A stretch of 38,335 nt of DNA from a virus. The notes beneath the pieces are model-generated. The model did not search any database. It saw only the letters and a program-made list of their open reading frames with translations, and was not told the origin of the DNA. This document shows, piece by piece, positions 6,673-13,754 of this stretch. Location: IMG/VR virus record IMGVR_UViG_3300017998_000006. The stretch is one strand, 5' to 3'. The position numbers were made by a program, and so were the translations under genes. Within the stretch, counting starts at the first letter, position 1, and the number at the start of each line of letters is the position of its first letter.

Positions 6673-7610
6673 GCTCCCACCTTTCGCCGTTTGACGCCTT
6701 CCACGTAGACTTGCAGGTACATTTGCCCTACGCCGGCGAAGTCCACCAACTGAAGGTCAAAGATGAGCGTGTCTTGGGCTTTCAGCCACCAGTCATGCGC
6801 GTACGGTGCCCCGCCGATGTAGCGAGCCACGTCGATGTAGTCATCCGAAAACACATGCCCTGAAGCCGCGCGGATCCTGGCCAGGATCTCTCCGCCCGTC
6901 ACAGTGGCATCCTGGGTTACGTTGAAATGGAAACGCCGCACCACGAAATCCGAGGCGCTTTCGATGGGAATCTCAATGGTTGCAAACTGCAAGATGTCCG
7001 CTGGACTCGTGAACTGCAAACCCTGGCCGATGACTGGGACCGCAGAGCAGTACGTGAACGGCGAATCCTCGTAGCCAGGTGGTGTCGCGGGGCCTGTGCC
7101 ATGCATCCAGCATGGTGCCAGGATGTTCTGGTTTGGATTGTCCAAATACTGCGGCGGCAGGGGCCCGGCCGCTTCGGAAGGCTTTTGCGACTTGACGTAG
7201 TAGCAGTAGGCCCCTTCGAACAGCATCTGAACGGCAGCGCTCAGCGCCGTCAGCCGAACCTGGATCTTGGACTGAGGCGGACACGGAACCTGTTTCGCCA
7301 TCAGCAGCCGGCCGGAGCCGTAGCCCGCGACCTCCTGCACAAGCTGGGACTGATTCAGGAACGGCTGTCCATTCGGCAGAATCACTTGCCAGTACGGCAC
7401 ATCACCGTTAGCCGAGATCGCGCGCAGCATCCAGGTTGTGTCGCCAGTGATCGTCTTCTCAATCGTCGTCTGGCCGCTTGTGAGATCCAAGCTCTGAAGC
7501 AAAAACGAATGGGGGATATAGACCGCAGACATTCCTCGAGGAGGTGTCGGGCGCCCGCACTTGCTGAGCACCCAATCGGCTTCGAGGATGAGCTGCGAGT
7601 CTTTTTTCAT
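6669..7610 (-). CDS. Structural-module paralog with two tandem copies (double-jelly-roll-like?)
   Basis: Copy 1: TTWMLRAISANG..WQVILPNGQPFLNQSQLVQEVAG..KQVPCPPQSKIQVRL..QMLFEGAYCY. Copy 2: SDFVVRRFHFNV..LARIRAASGHVFSDDYIDVARYIG..WWLKAQDTLIFDLQL..LQVYVEGVKR. Confidence 0.6.
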   Translation of the reverse strand: MKKDSQLILEADWVLSKCGRPTPPRGMSAVYIPHSFLLQSLDLTSGQTTIEKTITGDTTWMLRAISANGDVPYWQVILPNGQPFLNQSQLVQEVAGYGSGRLLMAKQVPCPPQSKIQVRLTALSAAVQMLFEGAYCYYVKSQKPSEAAGPLPPQYLDNPNQNILAPCWMHGTGPATPPGYEDSPFTYCSAVPVIGQGLQFTSPADILQFATIEIPIESASDFVVRRFHFNVTQDATVTGGEILARIRAASGHVFSDDYIDVARYIGGAPYAHDWWLKAQDTLIFDLQLVDFAGVGQMYLQVYVEGVKRRKVGA

Positions 7611-7798
7611 GCGTTCACACCTGAAAGACTACCACACCTCTGGCGTCCACAACACGCGCCCTTCCAAGCGGTCCATTGGGCCGTAGGGCCTTTGCCCATT
7701 CCACCGCGGCCCAAAAGTTCGGCACCACCTTGCCGCCTTGCCAGTACGGAGACTGGCGCGGGCAAAGGTACTGGACCACAAATGGCGGCATGGATCAC
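7607..7798 (-). CDS. Doubtful 63-aa ORF bridging two operon segments
   Basis: GTGA-coupled upstream and ATGA-coupled downstream; begins MIHAA like the longest form of 7795..8124; Gly/Pro/Ala-rich composition is not convincingly protein-like. Confidence 0.3.
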   Translation of the reverse strand: MIHAAICGPVPLPAPVSVLARRQGGAELLGRGGMGKGPTAQWTAWKGACCGRQRCGSLSGVNA

Positions 7799-8076
7799 GC
7801 TGCTTTCGCCTTTTTCGCTTTCGCCTTCGAAATGTAACGTACACGCCGCCGACGCCAGTAAGGCTTATACGCCTCTTGGCATCTTTCCTCTTCAGCGATT
7901 GCAGCGCGCAGATAGTTGTCCACCACATCGAGCACAGCTTGAAGCTCCTCGGGATAACCCCCGCTGCATTCCATCAGACACGACCCAACACCTTTGCACA
8001 GGATTCTAAGCCACGCCTCGGCTTTCTGGCGTTCTGCTCGTAACCCTTCCTCTACCGGATCGACTTTTCGTTTCAT
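7795..8076 (-). CDS. Small protein with Lys/Arg-rich C-terminus
   Basis: GGAGG 6 nt before ATG 8076 (MKRKVDPVEEG...); C-terminus WRRRRVRYISKAKAKKAKAA. A GTG at 8124 (GTGA-coupled) is an alternative start. Confidence 0.65.
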   Translation of the reverse strand: MKRKVDPVEEGLRAERQKAEAWLRILCKGVGSCLMECSGGYPEELQAVLDVVDNYLRAAIAEEERCQEAYKPYWRRRRVRYISKAKAKKAKAA

Positions 8077-8120
8077 CGCGTCCTCCGGTTTGAGAATAAC
8101 ACCAAAACGGGCGGCATGAA

Positions 8121-8432
8121 TCACCGCTTCCCCCGCATCTTCCGCCCGGTGATCTTCACCACGCCGTTGGGGAGCTTCGTAATCGTCACCGAGGCCATAT
8201 TCCGCAAGGTGGTGGACTTGCCGTTGACCTTGCGGGGGTTCGTTCGACCCACCGTTCTGTTGTAAGCAGCCGCGTAAATGCGCTCCCAGTACGCCTTCTT
8301 CGATTCAAAATCTGGTTCGAGCAAAGCATGAAACCGCACCGTCATTCGCGCTTTTGATGGCCTAATTTTACGCCGCCCAAGAACTGCATTGCGACCGTCA
8401 TCAGAGCCCTGTTGTCGAAAGAACTCTACCAT
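8121..8432 (-). CDS. Basic protein carrying the shared C-terminal module NPRKVxGxSTTLRNMASVTIxKLPNGVVKITGRKMxGKR (paralog B)
   Basis: GAGAGG 8 nt before ATG 8432 (MVEFFRQQG...; longest ORF reaches 8597); the last ~40 aa are near-identical to residues ~65-103 of 12970..13365. Confidence 0.65.
   Translation of the reverse strand: MVEFFRQQGSDDGRNAVLGRRKIRPSKARMTVRFHALLEPDFESKKAYWERIYAAAYNRTVGRTNPRKVNGKSTTLRNMASVTITKLPNGVVKITGRKMRGKR
8136..8242. repeat. Dispersed repeat, copy B (coding; pairs with 13069..13175)
   Basis: Hand alignment: 107 nt with 20 mismatches, including a 27-nt perfect block (8136..8162 = 13069..13095). Confidence 0.85.
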
Positions 8433-8661
8433 CCGAGCGCCTCTCTTCCTATGGTATACTCTCGCATATGGCTCTGAATGGATGGTGCGGAGGACGCCAC
8501 GGGAAATGGCGAAGCAATCTGGAGTTTTTCCGACGGATGGACGCGCAAGCCAGCGCGATACAACCATCGAAACATCGCCCGAATGACGCAAAAACACCCG
8601 ATAAACCCGCCATTCCAGGCCCCGTGTTCACGGACGGATCGAAGATAGACTTCTAGCCCCG

Positions 8662-8976
8662 TCACCGCTTCCCCTTCCGACTGGACATCAGCACCAGCGC
8701 GCCCGCACCGATACCCAGGGCCAGCCCAGGATTCGCCTGAATCCACGCCAGCACCGCATTCGTTGACAGCGGTGTGCCCGTGTCCGTCAAGCTCACCGGC
8801 ACCTGGCAGGAGCCGAGCACCGCCGCCTTAGCGTTGTCGGCCGCCGTGTTGACCCGGAAGAGGTACGCCTGGCTCGCCAAAATTCGGCTGTCCGACATCG
8901 GTGTCTCGCCATTCGGCATAGTCGGAGCCACAAGCGGCGTCGTACCCGTAGCTGGCAGATTCGCTGGCACGTACAT
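8662..8976 (-). CDS. C-terminally anchored small membrane protein
   Basis: GAGAGGA 8-9 nt before ATG; C-terminus GLALGIGAGALVLMSSRKGKR (TM + basic tail); directly downstream of the capsid-like gene. Confidence 0.65.
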   Translation of the reverse strand: MYVPANLPATGTTPLVAPTMPNGETPMSDSRILASQAYLFRVNTAADNAKAAVLGSCQVPVSLTDTGTPLSTNAVLAWIQANPGLALGIGAGALVLMSSRKGKR

Positions 8977-9010
8977 ACCAAGATCCTCTCGCCCCTTCCA
9001 CTCGAAATCT

Positions 9011-9049
9011 CCGGCAGCCGCGCGAAGGAGCCCATAACGCGGCTGCCGG
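9011..9049 (-). terminator. Strong hairpin between the capsid-like gene and the next gene (attenuator/terminator or mRNA stabiliser)
   Basis: ccggcagccgcg (9011..9022) / cgcggctgccgg (9038..9049): 12-bp perfect stem, 15-nt loop, 24 nt after the 9073 stop. Confidence 0.6.
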
Positions 9050-9072
9050 AAGTCTCCGCGAGGAGATCTGTG

Positions 9073-9789
9073 CTACTGAACGCTGCGATCCGTCCAGCCC
9101 TTCATCATCGTCACCAGGGTGATACCCTGGCCACCGTTCGCAGCCGTCTGCCACGCCGGGAGAGTCGCGCCGGGGAACTTGATCTGCAGGCTGAAGTTCT
9201 GCAACGGCGCAATGTACTTCGCAAAGTTGCCGAACGTCCAGACACCGAGCGGAGAAGGCAGGCCGAGGCCCCAGTGGACATCGCCTTGCCGTTCCGAGGA
9301 CCCGTACAGGCCAATGCCCGGCGGATGGAATTCGAGCAGACCTTCGAAGAACACCTTGTCGTCGATTCGGAACTCGAAATACGAGCTGTAGCAGAACTGC
9401 TGGATATCCACCAGCAGCGAATCGATGCTCTGGGCCGTGGGAGCCGTCGACGTGGCCGGCTGGCCCTTGAAATAGAAGCCAAGCTGGTTCAGGATCAGGC
9501 AACGCGGCGCAAGGAACATCCCGCCGTTCGGAAGGTTCGTTTGCAGCTTCGTCTTGATCAGAGCCGTGTTGATCTGATCGTTTTGGTTCAAACCTTGGGC
9601 GAACGGGGTATAGACCGACAGCGCCGAGCTGCCGGCGTTCTGGGTCAGCGTGTCGTAATAGATCCACGCTCCCCGGTCCACCCACCCTTTCATGATGCTG
9701 TTGATATCCATGCCCCTTGCGGACTGGGCATTCGGAGTGTAACCCCCGCCATACGCTACTGTGCCTTGCGGCGCTGATGTTCCGGCCAT
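9073..9789 (-). CDS. Candidate major capsid protein, small beta-rich (single jelly-roll-like?)
   Basis: GGAG 11 nt before ATG; followed by the strongest hairpin in the genome; CLILNQLGFYF / FEFRIDDKVFFEGLLEFHPPGIGLYG / IAPLQNFSLQIKF / ITLVTMMKGW follow the same element order as the 4081..7610 modules; 238 aa is too small for an HK97 fold. Confidence 0.45.
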   Translation of the reverse strand: MAGTSAPQGTVAYGGGYTPNAQSARGMDINSIMKGWVDRGAWIYYDTLTQNAGSSALSVYTPFAQGLNQNDQINTALIKTKLQTNLPNGGMFLAPRCLILNQLGFYFKGQPATSTAPTAQSIDSLLVDIQQFCYSSYFEFRIDDKVFFEGLLEFHPPGIGLYGSSERQGDVHWGLGLPSPLGVWTFGNFAKYIAPLQNFSLQIKFPGATLPAWQTAANGGQGITLVTMMKGWTDRSVQ

Positions 9790-9881
9790 TTCTTTTTACT
9801 CCGGGGCAAGCTCTCGCAAGCCCCCAAATTCTTTACTGCCGACGCACACCGTGCGCCTCGGTTGTCCGGATCGGCCCGAAG

Positions 9882-10754
9882 CTAGAACGCCCCCATGCCA
9901 TCGCTGCCGGCGGCCACCGCGTTAGCGTTGACCCCGGACGAAGCCATGACCAGCGGGGTCGGCCCCCAGCCATCGGGGATTTCAATTTGCGCCGACTGCA
10001 GGCCATCCACGTACCGCTGTGGAGTCACCCAGTTCGACGCCATGTAGTCCCCGACACCCTGGAGGCTGGCATACTGGCCAAAGGGGGTGTAGTCCGTGAT
10101 CAGCCGGAGCACCACTTGAACCACCGCGCCGGCAAAGATGCCCTTTGCCGCCGCGTCATTCTTCATGATGCCCTTGGCTGCCCACGCCAAAAGTCCGCCG
10201 GCCGCCAGATTGGCGCCGTAGCCCAGAAACCCGGTGTTCTTGGTTCCGAGGACCATCTGCGCGCCCAGTTTCGAGCCGACAGCCCCGGCGATGATGTACA
10301 ACGCCTGGGCGACTTGCCCTCCCCAGGAGCCGCCCATGGGGTTGTGGTGACGGCGGCGCTGATAGCGCCGCGCCGGGTTGTGCCTTGCGTACGACCGGCG
10401 TCTCTTATGACGCCGGCCAGGATCGTTCGTGCGCTTGCGGCCAGGATCATTCGACCTGGACCGGGCGCGATGTGTTCGCGTTTTGGCCATTGCCTGTCTC
10501 CTTGACGCCGGTTTTCTCTTGGGATTCCCCAGCGTTAACAGCACTTGCTCTCCCAGATTGCGTCTCACCGGACGGGGAGAGGTGCGTCTCCGGTGAGCCG
10601 TGTTACGTTTCTGCGCGCGCGCACGATGAGTGCTGCGCTTCGCCTTGACAGCAGCCTGTCGGCGCTTGCCGCCGAAGCCAGCGCGGATCTGCTTCAGGCT
10701 GAACTTGCGCCGAGCCGGGTTGGCGATTGAAACTCGTCTGTGTGCGATAGCCAT
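9882..10754 (-). CDS. Arg-rich basic protein with Gly/Ala-rich hydrophobic C-terminal half (DNA-condensing / internal protein?)
   Basis: The first ~150 aa are dominated by R/K with repeated NP-x-[RK][RK] units (ANPARRK, GNPKRKP, NDPGRKRTNDPGRRHKRRR, HNPARRYQRRRHHNP); then GGQVAQALYIIAGAVGSKLGAQMVLG...LAAGGLLAWAAKGI. Confidence 0.55.
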   Translation of the reverse strand: MAIAHRRVSIANPARRKFSLKQIRAGFGGKRRQAAVKAKRSTHRARAQKRNTAHRRRTSPRPVRRNLGEQVLLTLGNPKRKPASRRQAMAKTRTHRARSRSNDPGRKRTNDPGRRHKRRRSYARHNPARRYQRRRHHNPMGGSWGGQVAQALYIIAGAVGSKLGAQMVLGTKNTGFLGYGANLAAGGLLAWAAKGIMKNDAAAKGIFAGAVVQVVLRLITDYTPFGQYASLQGVGDYMASNWVTPQRYVDGLQSAQIEIPDGWGPTPLVMASSGVNANAVAAGSDGMGAF

Positions 10755-10785
10755 GTGACCTCCTCAGATCAAAGTCGCCATCCGG

Positions 10786-11274
10786 TTACGGCATGGACGG
10801 GATATTCGAAGCCAACGGCGTCCACGGCCTCTGGATAATCACGTTGAACGTGCAATCGGAGCCGGTGATGGCGTTCGCAGCCGGCTTCGTCACAGTCAAC
10901 GCGTTCGCACCGAGTGCCCACGTCAGCGCCGGATACGCCGTGCCCCCAGCGCTCATGTAAGCGATGACCCAGGGCCTCAAGACTGCCAGCGCAGCCGTCG
11001 ACACGTTGAAATTATGCGTGATAGTGGCCGCCCCACTCTCCGTGCCTGTCCAAGCTACCTGTGCCGCAACGCTCTGCACATTGGCAGCTTGGGCCCGGGT
11101 TGGAGCGGCACCGCCTGTGGTTGGGTCGAGGTACGTAACCGTGATCCCCGCGATCCCCATGGACAGGCAGGCCACCAGCGATTGAGTCGAAATGTGAATG
11201 TTGAAGGCGAAAACGACGGCTACTGCCATCAGGAAAAGCAGCGCCGCCGCGCCCAGCTTGTGAAGTTTGCTCAT
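10786..11274 (-). CDS. N-terminally anchored/secreted beta-rich protein
   Basis: AGGAG 10 nt before ATG 11274 (MSKLHKLGAAALLFLMAVAVVFAF...); T/A/V-rich body; the longest ORF (to 11337) lacks an SD. Confidence 0.65.
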   Translation of the reverse strand: MSKLHKLGAAALLFLMAVAVVFAFNIHISTQSLVACLSMGIAGITVTYLDPTTGGAAPTRAQAANVQSVAAQVAWTGTESGAATITHNFNVSTAALAVLRPWVIAYMSAGGTAYPALTWALGANALTVTKPAANAITGSDCTFNVIIQRPWTPLASNIPSMP

Positions 11275-11473
11275 ACTCTCGTTTCTCCTTTTTGCCCGGC
11301 GTGCGGGCTTGCTTCTCTCAAAAACCGTCCACCGCAAAGCAAAAGGGGCTACCTGCGTTCAGGAGCCTATGACAACTCCCAAACGCCGGCAGCCCCTTCT
11401 AGAAGGCTTGCCCTGCGGTTCACTACATCACCAGGCGATTCCGGCCGGTCTCGCCTAATGAACCTTCAGAAAC

Positions 11474-12970
11474 TCACGGTGCGCTCACGAGCACCTCGTT
11501 GACCGGGTGACGAACCTCGATATGATCCGGCCCTACCCTGTCCGCAAAATTGTGCGCCCGGCGCCACTCATAGACCTCAGCGCCGTGCTGGTACGCTTCC
11601 GGCGCATTCTGGTAGGCATACGTGCCGTCCCAGGTCCCTTTACCGTAGAGCGGATGTCGGTGTGGGAACATCAAATGCTTGGCGTCTACAATGACGCCAT
11701 CCCGCCGCGCGACATCCGTAAAATCGTTGTCCGCGAACATGCCCCAGTACTCGGGATAGAACAGCCGCCCATAGCGTTCGTAGTACGGTCTCGTGACGAT
11801 GTTGAATGTCATCAGCGAATTGTTGCCACCCGTCGAAATCCAGACCGCAGCCTCAGCGCTCAAATCCGGCAGAACCTTGAGCAGCTCAGTATCCCAGTGG
11901 GGAGGCGGAAACCAGTCGTCCGCTACAGTAATCAAAACCTTACCCGTTGCGACAGCGCCAGCCGCATTGAACGCCGTCACCGCCGTGTGCCGATCATGGT
12001 TGCTGATCTTCTTGAAATGCTCCCACGGCACGCTTGATCGTTGAAGCTCGACCGTCTGCTCCGTGCATAGAATGTACTCACAGTCTTCGGGGTTGTCAGC
12101 CAGGTCGTACCACTCCTGGCAGGCGTTCCGCCAGCCATCGGGGAATCTCAATGTGGCATGGCACAGCGAGAACAGCGGGATTCCAGACCCGAACAACTTC
12201 CGCCGCGGACGCGGCGCGCGAACCATCGGCTCAGCGGCCAGATCCACGGTTTCAAACTGATCAACCGGCTCCGGTATCGGCGCCGTCTTCAAGTGCGGAA
12301 CTTTGACTTGCGGATCGACCAGAATCAACGCCCCGCCCCGTTCCCGAGCGTGGATGCAGAACGCAATATCCTCTCCAGTCATGCCCCACCGCAGGTTCTC
12401 CCCGCAAAATGGCACGAATGGATTGGCCCCTGCTTTCGCCAGCATCCCGTAGCGCATCAGCACCACCGGAAATCCGGTGTAGCCAACCTCCAAGAGCCGA
12501 TTCTCCCTGGCCGCCGTCTTCATCTCCGACGCATCGAAAGGCAGCACGGTGTAATCCGGCCGCAACCTGCCACATGAGACGATGGGGGGCATTCCCTGCC
12601 TCATGTTCGGCTCAGTCCAGCACCAGCCCGCTACCATGTCCGCTTTCGGAAACTCGTCCAGATCCTTTTTCAGCCGCGCGAAATGCTCCGGCAAGACGAT
12701 ATTGTCGTCATCGATCCACAAAACGTAGTCGATGGGTGTTGGAGAATGGAGCATCTCAAGCACCATGCTGGAACGCGTCACGAAGACCGAAGAGGAGTAC
12801 CCGAACAGCGGAGCCGGGTCGTACCCGCTCGACAGCAGCGACATGAACAGGTTGGTCCAGTTCGTCACCCAAGCCGAGGAGAAGGACTCACCCGGCATAC
12901 AGATGCCGATCGATACCCGCCTCGCCGGCGTGCCGTCGTTACCGTTCGTCTTGCCCAAGGTAAGCTCCAT
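11474..12970 (-). CDS. Two-domain glycosyltransferase (GT2-like N-domain + second GT-like domain)
   Basis: N-domain: RVSIGICMPGESF, DxD-type VLWIDDDNIVLP, GEDIAFCIHARERGG..KVPHL. C-domain: LFSLCHATLRFP.., ITVADDWFPPPHWD, ADNDFTDVA. Confidence 0.75.
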   Translation of the reverse strand: MELTLGKTNGNDGTPARRVSIGICMPGESFSSAWVTNWTNLFMSLLSSGYDPAPLFGYSSSVFVTRSSMVLEMLHSPTPIDYVLWIDDDNIVLPEHFARLKKDLDEFPKADMVAGWCWTEPNMRQGMPPIVSCGRLRPDYTVLPFDASEMKTAARENRLLEVGYTGFPVVLMRYGMLAKAGANPFVPFCGENLRWGMTGEDIAFCIHARERGGALILVDPQVKVPHLKTAPIPEPVDQFETVDLAAEPMVRAPRPRRKLFGSGIPLFSLCHATLRFPDGWRNACQEWYDLADNPEDCEYILCTEQTVELQRSSVPWEHFKKISNHDRHTAVTAFNAAGAVATGKVLITVADDWFPPPHWDTELLKVLPDLSAEAAVWISTGGNNSLMTFNIVTRPYYERYGRLFYPEYWGMFADNDFTDVARRDGVIVDAKHLMFPHRHPLYGKGTWDGTYAYQNAPEAYQHGAEVYEWRRAHNFADRVGPDHIEVRHPVNEVLVSAP

Positions 12971-13365
12971 TAGCGCTTTCCCATCTTCCGCTTGCTGTAG
13001 AACCGCTTCTCAGCGCGCCGCTTGAGGATCTTCTTCCGCTGGGCAGCCGAGTAGTTCCGTTTGCCCGCCATCTTCCGCCCGGTGATCTTCACCACCCCAT
13101 TGGGAAGCTTTCGGATGGTCACTGAGGCCATGTTTCGCAAGGTGGTGGAACGACCACGGACCTTGCGCGGATTCGAAATCGCATAGCGTTTGCCACCATC
13201 CACAACAGAGAGCGTTTCGCCAGGCTTCAGATGCGGCCGGCCAATATGAATTTGGCCTTCTCGAATCTTCTGCTCAACGACTTGCTTGGCATCGCTCCCC
13301 TCGTAATCGCGGTAGTATCGAATCGCCGCCGCCTTGCTCACGAAATGACTTGTGCCGTACGTCAT
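12970..13365 (-). CDS. Basic protein carrying the shared NPRKV..STTLRNMASVTI..NGVVKITGRKM module (paralog A) plus a Lys/Arg tail
   Basis: SNPRKVRGRSTTLRNMASVTIRKLPNGVVKITGRKMAGKR then NYSAAQRKKILKRRAEKRFYSKRKMGKR; ATGA-coupled upstream, TAATG-coupled to the glycosyltransferase. Confidence 0.7.
   Translation of the reverse strand: MTYGTSHFVSKAAAIRYYRDYEGSDAKQVVEQKIREGQIHIGRPHLKPGETLSVVDGGKRYAISNPRKVRGRSTTLRNMASVTIRKLPNGVVKITGRKMAGKRNYSAAQRKKILKRRAEKRFYSKRKMGKR
13069..13175. repeat. Dispersed repeat, copy A (coding; pairs with 8136..8242)
   Basis: See 8136..8242; 87/107 identical by hand alignment. Confidence 0.85.
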
Positions 13366-13754
13366 GGCTTCGCCCCCTGCGCGTCCAAGAACCTGTCCAG
13401 CCGGTTGCGCAGCCTTTCGATTTCACCAGAGATATCGTTCAGCTTTACTGGAACCCCCGAGAAATCCCTGATCGCAGTTCGCATCTGGTCCAGTTCTTTC
13501 TCGATCGCCATCAGCCGCAGTTCCCGCACTTCCCACTCCCGAACGTTGCGGTTGATGATCTTTACCGCCGAAAATATGACGGTGAACAGAGAGATGACTT
13601 GAAGCACGACGATGAGCCAGTCCCGAAACTCCAGAACAGAGCCGCCAACCGCGCCGTGGTCTGTGGACTGAGACCAAGCAAGGAAGGGAAGCCACATCAC
13701 AAACGCAAACAGAACCGCTGGAAATCGGAGTTTCGTTATGCACTGCCGCTGCAT
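13362..13754 (-). CDS. Membrane protein with coiled-coil C-terminal half
   Basis: TM segments FPAVLFAFVMWLPFLAW and WLIVVLQVISLFTVIFSAV, then REWEVRELRLMAIEKELDQMRTAIRD..IERLRNRLDRF. Confidence 0.65.
   Translation of the reverse strand: MQRQCITKLRFPAVLFAFVMWLPFLAWSQSTDHGAVGGSVLEFRDWLIVVLQVISLFTVIFSAVKIINRNVREWEVRELRLMAIEKELDQMRTAIRDFSGVPVKLNDISGEIERLRNRLDRFLDAQGAKP

Noticed and set aside
6927-8009. 360-aa plus-strand ORF, and similar long antisense ORFs: 2057..2740 +, 5447..6193 +, 8828..9685 -, 9070..9777 +, 9717..10505 +, 21029..21622 -, 30266..31039 -
   Set aside because: They lie antisense or out of frame to genes with SD sites, stop/start coupling and recognisable motifs. Their translations are Arg/Pro/Gly/Ser-rich, as is typical of shadow ORFs in GC-rich DNA.
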